The notes below the pieces were generated by a model. It saw only the letters and a list, made by a program, of their open reading frames with translations, did not search any database and was not told the DNA's origin. Of a stretch of DNA of 64,000 nt, positions 36,204-49,051 are shown piece by piece; the first letter of the stretch is position 1; every line of letters starts with the position of its first letter. The position numbers and the translations under genes were made by a program. This DNA is from Paraphysomonas bandaiensis (Eukaryota > Protista > Chrysophyceae): assembly GCA_965644295.1 (NCBI GenBank), contig CBFFRP010000119.1:124001-188000 (forward strand). The letters are read 5' to 3'.

Positions 36204-37922
36204 CTAGTTCTTACATAGTACAACTGAAGCGTTAACGTGGCAGATAATATATTCGGATTTGGGCGATAAATAGGGTCGCGTTCTTGGAGATATAACAAAA
36301 AAATCTGCCCCTACTTCATTGGAGTATTCAACCAAGGATCTAGCCACACTGTTGCCCGCTGAACAAATTACAGTCTTGAATCGACTATTTGCAGGGCCTA
36401 TGTGTTCTAATTCTTTCTCATAGAACTCCTCTATCTCTTCAGGTGGGGGTTCGCACCCAGAACCCGTCTTTCGGGGATTGTACACATTTACCACATGCAA
36501 AATGTCCCTAGGGTTGATGATCGTCATCGCTAAGTCAAAACCTCTTTTCGAAAGAGGGGATCCATCGACAGCAACAACGAATACTCTTGAAGAAGGGGGA
36601 CAGAGAGACTTACATATTACAATCGGCATATGACAATTCCGTAATGCAAGATCCGTAAAACTTCCTACACTTGTTTCGTCCACCTTGCGTCCTTTGCGAC
36701 CGACGTACCCGCAAAATAAGAGATGTGGCTCTTGTCTTGTCACAGTTGCAGTTTTAGCCCCCCTGTATTCTAACAACATATCCATTAACACCTCCCTCGA
36801 AGCTCTCCCGCGTCTGTCTTCCCAATAAAGAGCAAATCGACTGACAGGGACGCGATACGTAGCAATGAGTTCTGCCTCATAATGTTCCTGGATAAAATCT
36901 GGCTCGTAATGGGTTGGAAGAGATGAACTGTGTGATTTAGTATATGCATGCATCAAACACACATGATCTAGGCGTTTACGGAGACGCATCATAGTTCGAA
37001 AAGCAGTATCTGCTCCTTCACTCCCATCAACACAACAAAGAAGAGTCATGGCATTCTTGGTGCGTATTTTATCAACTGTGTCTACACACAGCTTTCGAAA
37101 CTCAGCTTCTTCATCCACATAAGAATTAACCACTCGAAAAGACCCCTTCTTAGAGTTCGAATAATCTGTTTCCAATCCAATCTTCCGCAGTATAGCGGGC
37201 TCCTTCTCCTGCAGAACATCAACGAACTCATTCTCTAAATCTTCTGGAGGAGCTTTCGTGTTCTTCAGTCGAATGAACTCCTAAACACATTCATACATTA
37301 ACGCATACTCACACTGTGACTGAAATAGGCGCACCTCAGCGAACAGGGCGGCTATCTCTCGTCTATACTTGGCCTGAACGACAGCGTCAAGATGATATTC
37401 GTTTAAAGAGGCCGCACTCCCCATTCTATTAAATCCGTATCTGATGGAATTATCCGGCACTCCCACGGGATACTTTACATTACGATATAAGATACGCAGC
37501 TGTCGCTACTCTCCAATATAGCAACATACAATAAAGAAGCTAAAGACAGCAATATACATACATGTACTACGACCTCCCTACACATACATACATACATACA
37601 TACATACATACATACATACATACATACATACATACATACATACATACATACATACATACATACATACATACATACATACATACATACATACATACATACA
37701 TACATACATACATACATACATACATACATACATACATACATACATACATACATACATACATACATACATACATACATACATTGCGCTTGAATTGCACTTA
37801 CAAGTCTTCCAATAAGTGTCCATTGGTGCGGGAGGGAATCTGAGAGGGCTCTTTGCTGGAACGAATGGAATTATTTTATCCCCATATGCCTCTAAAAATT
37901 TTTTGACCTGATTTAGTCTCAT
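36204..37922 (-). CDS. Tandem universal stress protein (USP) domain protein, ~3 exons
   Basis: Two USP signatures: LLCCVDGSEGAD...GSFTDLALRNCHMPIVICK and VVAVDGSPLSKRGFD...SEYIICHVNASVVLCK. 5' exons are tentative. Confidence 0.8.
37578..37781. repeat. (CATA)n microsatellite in the predicted first intron of the USP gene
   Basis: Directly visible. Confidence 0.97.
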
Positions 37923-38034
37923 CAGGTTGCTCGTATGAGCACCGGGCTAGTATATGCTTCCACTTCAATATTCGGTTCAACAGAAGTCACTTCTTTCTTT
38001 ATTATGATATTGACAGTCATTTGAAGTGTCTGTC

Positions 38035-38430
38035 AATGCCACCGAATTTGCAGAGAAGTTTTACAAGGGGTTTTACTCTCTGGTGGACGATGAAGAAATG
38101 GCAGATGCGAAATCGCTTAAGTAGAATATCGAGATTGCAATTCATGTGGAGGAATTGGCCTACTCTAAAGAACTTTCGAATACCTGATAATAAAGTATGC
38201 ATTAAATGCTATTTTAGAGACTTATTATTCTTTTTATATGATGTTTTTGCCGTGTTACTGGACTTCAGAATGTCAATCGGATACATTTGAATTTTGAATC
38301 AAGTGCTTACTTACAATTCCCTCTCACCTTACTTTAAATAGAGAAATATCTGAACAACTGAAACTATTTCATTTTCTTCTGTATGTAAGAACCCCATATG
38401 TGATAAAAATGACGACGTCGGAGACACCCA
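38035..38430 (+). pseudogene. Slightly diverged duplicate of the 3' exon end and 3' UTR of the gene at 25885-26319
   Basis: ATGCCACCGAATTTGCAGAGAAG...GACGTCGGAGACAC aligns to ~26230-26601 with scattered substitutions and indels. Confidence 0.85.
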
Positions 38431-40014
38431 TGTACATAGAATTCAAATGCCGTATCTAGTGTCGTACTAACACCCAGCACTTTCAGGGTTTGGGTCAGCG
38501 TTCAAGTCAGTTGTACTTGCAGGGGTTAAGCGTGTAGTACATAAATCTGATGATCGCAACGACAATACGAAGCCTCGTAAGATAACAATTTTACACATTC
38601 ATTATCACATTTATCTACAAATTTGAGTATAAATAGAACGAATGTCTTATTATTAGCAGTAGACGAGTATGCAAGGAGCCACTAAATTGAACTAATCTAA
38701 TCTATAACAATGTTAATATTCTACTACTTGGCGCTGGGAGAACTATTTGTGTGTCGCCGCAAGCACCAAGATGCTATCATTCTCGGTTTCACCAGGTTTC
38801 ATAATATATATATATACATAACAGGGCTAGGAAACAATATATTGAATTGCAATACATTGTACAATATAATGCAATATATTGTAAAATATATTGATTGTTC
38901 GACCGGCCAAAATTTCCATCAATATTGTTTCTGTTAAAGTAGCTCAAAATATATTGCAATATATTGCAATCAATATTATGATAGTCATATAAGAGAAGAT
39001 CCTTAACTGTAGGGTAAAAAATACAAGTCCATGTATATAAATATCCGGAAAATGAACTACAACTACAACCAACTCCTACGTGCGTACTTGAAGTTTGGTG
39101 AAGCCAATCGCTAGTAGTTATTCAGTATCTATGTAACAATGATATACAGAATATACATGACTACACTATAGGAGTAGCTATTACAAGTATACAAAGAAAC
39201 TGAAAATATAATAGCTGTTAAAGATACGATTTGTAGAACAGAATGTTGATGTTGGTGAATGACGTAGTTCCTAACTCACAGTGCTACAAACATCATAAGT
39301 TCATTATATCTCCTATAATATCAATCAGTCAATATTGCACTAACTATAAGCTTAAATTAGTACTACTACGCCGAACTTTTCCTGTCAAAATAAAACATTA
39401 TCGGGTGATAGTTCATAAAATATATCAACTTCTTTTATCATTCATTATTATTCACTGATTTCATATCGTCACTGCTACCAAAAGCTATATGTAAGTGTTC
39501 CCGTGAATATCTTGTACCGGAAAGTATCATGTTGAGTGATAAAGTATAATGCTTCGTTCATGCTCTATATCTCATTCGTGTATTGGCTTCATTATAGTTA
39601 TATTATATTTTACCACGGGTTATAAAAGGTGGCTATAAGATATAGTCCCTATTTCAAATTTTGAAAACAATGGCGAAAAGCCCAAGTGCTAATACCTGTA
39701 CAAATTAAATTGTACCTTATCCTCATTATTATGTTGTTAGACACCTAATATCTATAATGTATATAGATATTATATTGCTATTGTATTTTCCTCACGCAGG
39801 AATTATTACTCATCAGTTGTAAGTATCAAAATTTCTTCTTCAAGACCTTTTTTTAATTTCATCATATTTTAAACCAGAGCTGTGTAACAATGAATTGATA
39901 TTCAATAAATAGCTATATGAAGACTGTCATTATTGAAATTGAGTTAACGAAAAATAATTGCAACTATAATGGACTAAAACCTGCGTCAACCAAATTGTTA
40001 CGCCTAGATTATCT

Positions 40015-40242
40015 CAGGGCCTGGTAACCGTTAATGGTAATGGAATCAAAATTTCCGGGACATAATAATGGACCATTAGTTGCATTTACTGGTACTTGAT
40101 ATATGCATATATGCTATGTATAGCATTAAGTGTTTTAAAGATATAGTATCTCCTATATACTCCGAAGAAAATCTAAACATTGTTAATTAATGTTCATGCA
40201 ACTCTACAATTACTTTGGGCCATTAATGGTTACCAGGCCCTG
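40015..40242. mobile_element. 228-bp hAT-like MITE, family B
   Basis: TIRs CAGGGCCTGGTAACCGTTAATGG / CCATTAATGGTTACCAGGCCCTG. Flanks GATTATCT / GATAATCC look like a decayed 8-bp TSD. Confidence 0.8.
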
Positions 40243-40539
40243 GATAATCCGGTATAACTATACTCTAGCTTTTCTAGTTTCATCATTATTTGTATCTAAT
40301 ATTTTACACCAATTACATTCTCTGGAGTGGATAGAAGTTGTACACCATAGCACTTATTCCAGTCTTTCAAAAGTACGAAATTCATTTGAAACAACGATTA
40401 TTATTGCAACTTCTATATTCCACTAAACGTTTCGCTACGAAAATAAATTCCATTTACTCGCACTGCGAATTCTTCTGGTACGACACTATTACTACCAACG
40501 TATCAGCCAGGATGCTTCAAGGTTAAAAATCAAACGTAT

Positions 40540-42492
40540 CTAGAGCTCATCCATGTCATCTTCCATCTCCTTAATCAACTCCTCAATAGTTTTCTCATCC
40601 TCTCCTTTGGATTTTCCCTTACTGGCAATCTCTTTCTTGTAGGCGTCCGGGGGATAGCGCATCGACTTCACAGCTTCATTGTGAACATCAAGACAAAAGA
40701 CAATTCTGCGATGAAATGCCTTCTGTGGTTCTTCGGTGGCATACACGTCCACAATTTCATTACTGACCAGCACACCTGCCTCGTGATCAAGAGTAGCCTC
40801 AATAACGCCGTCCCTATAGGGATTAAAGAAGTAAGAAAATGTACAAAGCACATAGATAAACAGTCACAGTAGAGTGTAACAACCATATATATGAACTCAC
40901 TTAATTGCTCGAGCACAAATAAATTCCGCTGCTTTAGCGGAAGACAACTGAAGTTTCTCCGCGATGTCGGCTAGTGATATTCGCGAGTAGGAGACAGAAA
41001 TCTTACGCAGACCGGTCTTGAGCACATTATGTCCAAGACGGCGGATCAGAGAGTAATTCTTATCGGCCTTAAATACCGTACCGTGGGTTTGCATCACCTG
41101 AATACAGATATAGTTACTCTTTAATGACAGAAAAGCCATACACAAGTGTATAGAACATCACATAATTGAGTATACAATATAAAAATTCGCACTAAAATGA
41201 GTTGGTAACACAGCAAACCTGCGCAAACTCATGCAGGTCACCAGCTCTGACAGCTTGAGTAAGTGCTAAATATGGCAACAAAGCAACTCTGAACTCAGGC
41301 ACATTAAACCCTCCTCTCTCAGGAATGTCTCCCATCAATAATTGCACGATAACAGACAGTTTATGTACAGTTAAGGCAAACCCTCGGGCAGTATCTTGGG
41401 GAGCTTTGCGAGCGGCCATAGTGAGGCGAAGGTAGGCATCGGAGTACTCCAGTTGTACCGCTTGAATGCGGCCCATAGCATAAAGATATCGACAGAACTG
41501 GTTGTTGGAGGCAGACTCAGGGAAGGAGGTCTTGGAGGCCAATGTCTGGGCTTGCACTACCAAATCGTAATGCAGGTAGTTACGTAGAATAAGGTTCAAT
41601 AGTACTGCCTGCCCCATTTCATCATGGTGTAAACAGCATGTACGGTAGAGACCTAAGAGTGTGGCGCGGATGCTCTCCAATTGACTACAGATACACCCCA
41701 ATCAGTAGGACTATTGAGGGTTGTGGTGAACAGTAATGTCAGAAATGGACATATACACAACCAATGTAATAACGTATACACAGGAAAGAAGTAACGTACT
41801 CGATTCTCTCGAAGGCCAAAGAGAAGTAGAAGAAAGCTTTGGAAGCAAACAAATCAAGAGTCCTCCTACTAAAGGTCTTGATACGGCCTATCAACACCGC
41901 AGCACTCTGTGCCGCCGCCTCATTCAAGCCATGACGTAACATAGTTGTCAACACCAATGTGAAGAGAAAGACCTGTAAAACATATAAAATCGTATAATAT
42001 AACAGGCACTAGGGAACCTCCACTTCAGGAATTATGGTATCAGGTGTATCAACTATTTCGGTATCAGTATTGGAATCATCGGGTGCAGATGGAATGAGGG
42101 CAACAGACGACTGCATCTGAGCATACGATGGGCAGGAAGGAGGCACAAATCGAGATAGAGTGGCATTGAGTAGCGACTTTGTCGCCCCGCGCCGTAGATG
42201 GGCATTCTGTCGTATCGCCCGCTGAAGCAGTCTCGGCTGACTGAGCTCAACACCTCGATTGATGTACGATATCGTCTTCGACACATCTGAATGCAACACA
42301 ATTATAAAAATCAAAAATATAAAATAGAATGAAGCGACTCCGCTCATATGATTCGACTGACAGTCACATGCAACACATGCGACGACACTAACCTGCTATA
42401 GAAGGAACTCTAGATGCTGATGCAGTTACTTCAGGCGCCTCCGCCATATCCACTGACATCGGAGCGTCGATGTCCATATCGGTAGCTGTCAT
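40540..42492 (-). CDS. RPN3: 26S proteasome regulatory subunit RPN3/PSMD3, multi-exon
   Basis: [96 protein letters not shown]. Confidence 0.95.
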
Positions 42493-42554
42493 TATTAATG
42501 AACGTCACTGTAGTGGGTTCTTAATGGTAATAATATTTAACTAATAGCCTCTAT

Positions 42555-42735
42555 ACACATACATACATACATACATACATACATACATACATACATACAT
42601 ACATACATACATACATACATACATACATACATACATACATACATACATACATACATACATACATACATACATACATACATACATACATACATACATACAT
42701 ACATACATACATACATACATACATACATACATACA

Positions 42736-42769
<34 letters not shown>

Positions 42770-43305
42770 CATACGTACATACATACATACATACATACAT
42801 ACATACATACATACATACATACATACATACATACATACATACATACATACATACGTACATACATACATACATACATACATACATACATACATACATACAT
42901 ACATACATACATACATACATACATACATACATACATACATACATACGTACATACATACATACATACATACATACATACATACATACATACATACATACAT
43001 ACATACATACATACATACATACATACATACATACATACATACATACATACACACATGCATACATACATACATACATACATGCATACATACATACATACAT
43101 ACATACATACATACATACATACATACATACATACATACATACATACATACATACATACATACATACATGCATACATACATACATACATGCATACATACAT
43201 ACATACATACATACATACATACATACATACATACATACATACATACATGCATACATACATACATACATGCATACATACATACATACATACATGCATACAT
43301 ACATA
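42555..43305. repeat. (CATA)n microsatellite just upstream of RPN3
   Basis: Directly visible; begins ~60 bp upstream of the ATG. Confidence 0.98.
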
Positions 43306-43369
43306 AAGTATATGTGCTCTGGCAGCTATATTTGTGAAATTAATCGACGCTTATGCATATTAATCAATT

Positions 43370-43686
43370 TTAAATGAATGTGGTGATACTAACATACATA
43401 CATCACCAATGATGGTTCAGAGAATGAGTTGGAGCTAAGCAGTAGGTAGTCCTTGACTAGCAACGCCGTTGGTTTAGTTATTATGCGATCTTAATGAATT
43501 GTACTAAATAAGGTATCTACACAACTGTTTAATTGCTGAATAACGATCACTAATAGTATATTGCAATATATAGTATTGTCAATATATTTGTAATAGTATT
43601 TATGTTGGATCGGCTTAAAAACTTCATCAACACTATTGGTGGGGGGCTATCTAACAATAGTATTGCAATATTGTTCCCTATCCCTG
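43370..43686. mobile_element. Right-end fragment of hAT-like family A
   Basis: Matches ~790-990 and ~1590-1693; ends TATTGTTCCCTATCCCTG. Confidence 0.65.
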
Positions 43687-44229
43687 CTGTGAACCCTCAG
43701 CGGTTCCCAGCTCTGACTCGTGTATTTGGGTTAGGGAGTAAATATGAATGGTGACAGGAAGGGACTGAGAAAGGAGTTGATTGTCCATTCATACATTCAT
43801 ACAGTTTATTCATGAAGAGTCGTTTATGATTAATCAAGTATATTTTCTAAGACACACTAGCATGAGGCCAAATTTTGCTAAAATAATAATCAATAATATA
43901 TTGTAGCAAGCAAAATAAATAGTTGTAATATTTATATTTCAATATAAAATAATTGCAATCCAATATATTTTGACTGGCCCTGTATACTGTATATTAGCAA
44001 GCAAAATTAAATAATTGTAATATATTACAATCCAATATATATTTACGTGCCCTGTCTTCCACAATATAGTATAGCAGTAAACTGTTCCCAATGAACCCCC
44101 AATATATATTGCTAGATGAGAACCATGCCATATTAACATTGCTTAAGAGCGTTCTATATTTTCATAGTGTGGAGAGACAAATGCCCAAGTTAAACTGTCA
44201 AATCCACAGCAAGTGCCTACAGGCATACT

Positions 44230-45084
44230 TTACCATAATTTTATTGAATTAAGTCCAATTGTATTAAGTATATGTGCTCTGGCAGCTGTATCAAAATTTA
44301 GATTGGTTTTAATAAACTCTTCCAAGAAGCATCTACTTCTTTCTGCTTCAGAAATAGTACTAACGCCGTTCACTGCAAATGCACAACTAAGATATATATC
44401 ACATGTCGCACCACTACAAAAATAACCTCCACAAAGTGTTAAATGTTGATATTCACTACATGGAAGTTGAACCATGGACACCATTGGTATGAGCTGATCC
44501 ATTTCGCGGCGGCTACTAGATGCGTCCGTGAAGAATAAGTACCCACGACCAGAACTACAAAACATCAATAAAATCGGAACTTCGTTAGAAATGCTTTCTC
44601 TTTTAAAATGTACGTCTAATTGTCGTGCGAATATCTCAAACGTTTCCTGCTTTATGGCAGCAGAAACAATTGCCATACTAATTTCTGGAATGGCTGAAGG
44701 AGAAAATAATCTATCAGGGCTGGTATCCAGATCGTAACTTGCAACACCAACTGCACGCCCTAATTCCCGTAGAGACGACCACAGCCATATGTCCAGTGCA
44801 CAGTCCGGTGGGACCTCAAAACCAATACCAAGAGGACTCAGCGTTCCAACATCTGATACAGGAAGATCCAACATATCAGGCTCAATCATATGTATCCAAT
44901 TGGTGGTCGACCCATCCGCTTTGCAGTTATCAGCACCCTTCAGATTATGTGAATCTTCATAGCACCTTCGCAGAAGGTCTATCGTATTCACTAAAGTTAT
45001 GTGCCTCGCATTATACTCGGTCGATACCCGACTGACTTTACGACCACTAGATGAAAATGCGGTGGGTAGAACTTGGTCATACAT
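44230..45084 (-). CDS. Unknown 284-aa ORF, possibly the second exon of the upstream methyltransferase gene
   Basis: Long clean ORF. A phase-1 GT..AG intron (~45090-45185) would join it in frame to the MTase ORF. Confidence 0.55.
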   Translation of the reverse strand: MYDQVLPTAFSSSGRKVSRVSTEYNARHITLVNTIDLLRRCYEDSHNLKGADNCKADGSTTNWIHMIEPDMLDLPVSDVGTLSPLGIGFEVPPDCALDIWLWSSLRELGRAVGVASYDLDTSPDRLFSPSAIPEISMAIVSAAIKQETFEIFARQLDVHFKRESISNEVPILLMFCSSGRGYLFFTDASSSRREMDQLIPMVSMVQLPCSEYQHLTLCGGYFCSGATCDIYLSCAFAVNGVSTISEAERSRCFLEEFIKTNLNFDTAARAHILNTIGLNSIKLW

Positions 45085-45139
45085 AGTATCTGGACAACAT
45101 TGAATACGTTACAATTTTCGATGCGCGTGTAATTCAAAT

Positions 45140-46249
45140 CTATATGCTACATATATGCAAACACTTCCATATTAAGAAAAACCTACCACAGTCATCATTT
45201 GACGGACTGAGCCGTGTCTTGTACTGATAAGCGCATAATGTCGTTGTGCACGCCGCGGTACTTTTTTGAATCATTTTATGTACCTCAGCCGACACATCTA
45301 CGACACTCCCAGAAATACGCCTACTACAGATATACTCCTTCAGTACTTTTCCTTCCACTGCACAGTCGTAACAGCAGTCTAACCAATCAACACCCGCATA
45401 TTCATGATGGTAAGCAGATGGACGTGCCACTGTGTTGAAGTAAAACATCTGTTCCCAGTGCTGTCGATGGTCATAATCTCTCTGTTCATGATGTGTCGTG
45501 ACAACTAATCGACACTCTGTCGTAGTTGGAGGCCCCCAAACAGGTAAGAACAGTTTTCCATCAAGATACCTCGTCACCCCTTCTGTCCACGGCAAGCGAA
45601 ACTTTAACATACTAGCAGCAGGCTTCATTATTAAATGCCATCGCATCTGCATATTCATGTCTTGGGCAATTTCGGATTCTAACACAGAATTCCCAACACA
45701 GGACCACTCTGCTGATCTAATATCACTAATAAATAGTACCTCTTTCTCTCTAAATGTTTCAGCAATAGAGTCCGTCATCAACTCTTGCCTAATTTCGATA
45801 CTTCCACGAATGTTCTCACATCGAAAATTTCGAGGGTCAATAAGAATGAAAGTTAGATTAGGAAAAAGCTCACTCAAATATGTGATATGATAGCCTGGTG
45901 CTGCACCGGCATAAACGCATATCTGTTTCTGACTATCGTTACGAGCATACTCTGTGAGAAACTCCACCTCGCTGATAAGAAGCTTACGTTGTCCCCAGTG
46001 CACAAGTGACTTCACCTCTCCTCTGCGTCTGCGGTAAATGAGTCTCGGGCTGTCCGGTGACAGTGTCCGCTGTAGTGATGATTCGTCCAGTAGAGGGACA
46101 GAATCGGCGCATATCTGACGCAGATGAGGGTTGTGCACAGGGACGGCTCGTGGTTCTCCAGCGTCACTCTGAACCCATAGAGGGGACACAGACGATGACG
46201 AACACGTGAAACACACGCGCTTTTTCTTAACTGACCTGCTATCTGACAT
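45140..46249 (-). CDS. Cap-specific mRNA (nucleoside-2'-O)-methyltransferase, poxvirus VP39-like family
   Basis: HWGQRKLLISEVEFL, VYAGAAPGYH, LIDP, FISDIRS, SMLKFRLPW, PVWGPPTTTECRL (K-D-K-E tetrad). Confidence 0.88.
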   Translation of the reverse strand: MSDSRSVKKKRVCFTCSSSSVSPLWVQSDAGEPRAVPVHNPHLRQICADSVPLLDESSLQRTLSPDSPRLIYRRRRGEVKSLVHWGQRKLLISEVEFLTEYARNDSQKQICVYAGAAPGYHITYLSELFPNLTFILIDPRNFRCENIRGSIEIRQELMTDSIAETFREKEVLFISDIRSAEWSCVGNSVLESEIAQDMNMQMRWHLIMKPAASMLKFRLPWTEGVTRYLDGKLFLPVWGPPTTTECRLVVTTHHEQRDYDHRQHWEQMFYFNTVARPSAYHHEYAGVDWLDCCYDCAVEGKVLKEYICSRRISGSVVDVSAEVHKMIQKSTAACTTTLCAYQYKTRLSPSNDDCGRFFLIWKCLHICSI

Positions 46250-46404
46250 GATAAGCAAACTACTGTATGAAACACTCAACGAAAAAGGATGACCACTCTG
46301 AGAGAGTCTGATGCTTTATAACACTCTGATGTTCACATATAATTGCATGATAGTCTATTGGCAAATCACATGAAGCCATGAGGAATAAGGACATTACTAT
46401 TGGA

Positions 46405-46622
46405 CATACATACATACATACATACATACCTACCTACCTACCTACCTACCTACCTACCTACATACATACATACATACATACATACATACATACATACATA
46501 CATACATACATACATACATACATACATACATACATACCTACCTACCTACCTACCTACATACATACATACATACATACATACATACATACATACATACATA
46601 CATACATACATACATACATACA

Positions 46623-46652
<30 letters not shown>
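46405..46652. repeat. (CATA)n/(CCTA)n microsatellite between divergent genes
   Basis: Directly visible. Confidence 0.98.
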
Positions 46653-46653
<1 letters not shown>

Positions 46654-46900
46654 GCGTCTTATTTCTCGGGAATATATTGAAGCAAAAACCCTCTATATTC
46701 CTGATATCCAACTACGGATGGAATACAGAGAATTACTGTCTCAATATTTGAGGCAATTTTTAACAAAAATATACAACGGATGCCGATATGACATACATAC
46801 GTATGTATCTAGATGTATATGTAGGTATAACAGGAGCAGAGGGTTTGAATTTGAATATGGTTTATATGCACTAGTTGTATAGCATTGTCTCTACTGCACT

Positions 46901-48061
46901 ATGCCCTCCACGAGTGCAGAAAAAAGGAAACTCGACCGTGATATCAGTGTGTCCTCTCCGAGTAAGCGCATCGTCTCTTACGATGCTGTGTACAGGTTCC
47001 CCTTATCAGCATCAGACCACACGTACAGTGTCTTGTGCCTCTCCGCAGCAGACACTCGCAGTGAGTCATATATGAAGTGGTTCACTGTATTCAACCGTCA
47101 CATACAGTCTCTGGCGTCTGCAGTCTCTGAGTGTGACAGTAGGGGCAGGGCTGTGGCAGCTGTGGGGATGGACTGCGAGTGGTGTCCACCATGGTTCAGA
47201 GATAATCAAGCGGAGAGAGTGTGTACTATTCAGCTCTATTGTCCCCACTCTGAGGGGTTGATATTATCAACAGTTGGAGTGGATAAACTTCCTGTTGAAG
47301 TTGAAAATATACTCTCTGATAGTCGTATACTTAAAGTCGGTGTCAATGTTGGGGGCGATGGTGCACGAATTGCCAGAGACTTTCAATGCCCCGTTAATGG
47401 CCTTGTAGATGTATCTAAAGGTATGAAAGGGTCTTTGGAAGACTTGGTGAGAAAATATTGCCCATCCAGTTTTCGTGTTAGCAAGGACACTATTGAGAAT
47501 AGTGTGCGGAAAGGAAACTGGTCTGTATGGCCTCTCAGCCAACATCAGGTTCAGTACGCTTCAATGGATGCAGTTTTGAGTTATGCCATATTTCTTTACC
47601 AACACAAAGGTATGTGGGAAAAACGTCAAGAGATGGATATTTCGTCGTGTGAAGTAGTAGCGGAGTCCGCTGAGGCAGCACACCGAACAGAAGCCCTTCA
47701 GACAGCTTCTTCCACCTCAGGTGCACACTCAAATTTTTTCCTCATGCATCGCAATCGTTCTATTATTCCACCTAATTTGAATGCTAAAGAGCATCCTGAA
47801 GGAACGTCTACGTGCTTGTCGAATGTTATTGTTGTAATTAGCGGAGTACTTGATAGCATGTCCAGGGACGACATGACTACGTATATACGGAAGCATGGTG
47901 GGAAAGTCGGTACTTCAATTACGAAATCTACGACACACTTATTGAATGATCACGGCGTTATTGGACCAGCTAAACTAAAGAAATGCAAAGCACAAGGAAT
48001 TCCTATTATCAGAGAAGATGATTTATTTGAAATTGTCAAATTTAACTCGCGGCAGCAGTAA
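46901..48061 (+). CDS. DEDDy 3'-5' exonuclease (WRN/EXD2-like) fused to a C-terminal BRCT domain
   Basis: ExoI VGMDCEW, ExoII KVGVNVGGD, ExoIII QYASMDA. BRCT segment CLSNVIVVISGVLDSMSRDDMTTYIRKHGGKVGTSITKSTTHLL...KLKKCKAQGIPIIREDDLFEI. Confidence 0.88.
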   Translation: MPSTSAEKRKLDRDISVSSPSKRIVSYDAVYRFPLSASDHTYSVLCLSAADTRSESYMKWFTVFNRHIQSLASAVSECDSRGRAVAAVGMDCEWCPPWFRDNQAERVCTIQLYCPHSEGLILSTVGVDKLPVEVENILSDSRILKVGVNVGGDGARIARDFQCPVNGLVDVSKGMKGSLEDLVRKYCPSSFRVSKDTIENSVRKGNWSVWPLSQHQVQYASMDAVLSYAIFLYQHKGMWEKRQEMDISSCEVVAESAEAAHRTEALQTASSTSGAHSNFFLMHRNRSIIPPNLNAKEHPEGTSTCLSNVIVVISGVLDSMSRDDMTTYIRKHGGKVGTSITKSTTHLLNDHGVIGPAKLKKCKAQGIPIIREDDLFEIVKFNSRQQ

Positions 48062-48486
48062 TTTAGTAGTTGTTGGTTATACCTACAACACATACGTAGG
48101 GTTTCCTGTATTTCATTTTTTTGCGTTGTATTAATATTTTACTGTTTAAATTTTTCGATAAACATGTTTTATGTTTTTGCAGATTATTTTTCGTACGATA
48201 TACCTTATCTGTTTAATTTTCCAATTTTAATTTACAACGAAGCAGTGGACACATCCACAATGGACTCTAGTAGATGTTCGAAAGTGTAGTCTCGTAGACT
48301 TTCTGCTCCAATTCTCCAATTCTGGCTGTGCAATTTGTAGAGCATCAATCACCGTTACCAATACTTTATTTACGCTGTTGAGAATTTAGATTTTGAGCAA
48401 TTAAGAGCGGCATATTGTATTTCAAAGGCTTTGAATTTTGAATTATGACCGTTACTTGAAGAATATACTATTTACAGACTGTTAAT

Positions 48487-49051
48487 CAGGAATAGGGAAC
48501 AATATAATACAATATATTGCAATGTATTGTAAAATATATTGATTGGTGGACTGGTCAAATAATCCATCAATTTTGTTTGTGTTAAAAGAGCTCACAATAC
48601 TATTGCAATATATCGCAGTCAATATTATGATAGGCATATAAGTGAAGATTCTCAACTGTATGGTGCAAAATATACGCCTATGTATACAAATATCCGGAAA
48701 ATACAGAGGATGATGAAGCTGAAGTTGGCTATGCGGAAAAAATTCTTCAATATCAGCTCATAATCTTTAGAAACGGAAAGTGGAAATATCCAATCAATAT
48801 TAAATGAATATGGTGATGATGATATCAGAGTAGTGGGTTTGATTATCAAGTAGTGACCTTAGACCTTATAGTAGCAAGTAGTTTACTTACTGATTACTCA
48901 TATACTAATATATTGCAATAATATATTATTGTGCAATGTATTGCAATATATTGAAATAGTATTGTACGGCCGGTTTAAAAAATCCATCAATACTATTGAT
49001 GGAACGCTATCTAACAATAGTATTGCAATGTTATATTATTCCCTATCCCTG
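48487..49051. mobile_element. Complete 565-bp hAT-like MITE, family A
   Basis: TIRs CAGGAATAGGGAACAATATA / TATATTATTCCCTATCCCTG. Perfect 8-bp TSD CTGTTAAT at 48479-48486 and 49052-49059. Confidence 0.9.

Noticed and set aside
38822-43686. Family-A left and right ends flanking RPN3 as one gene-carrying transposon
   Set aside because: Flanks ATACATAA and CTGTGAAC do not form a TSD; more likely two independent fragments.
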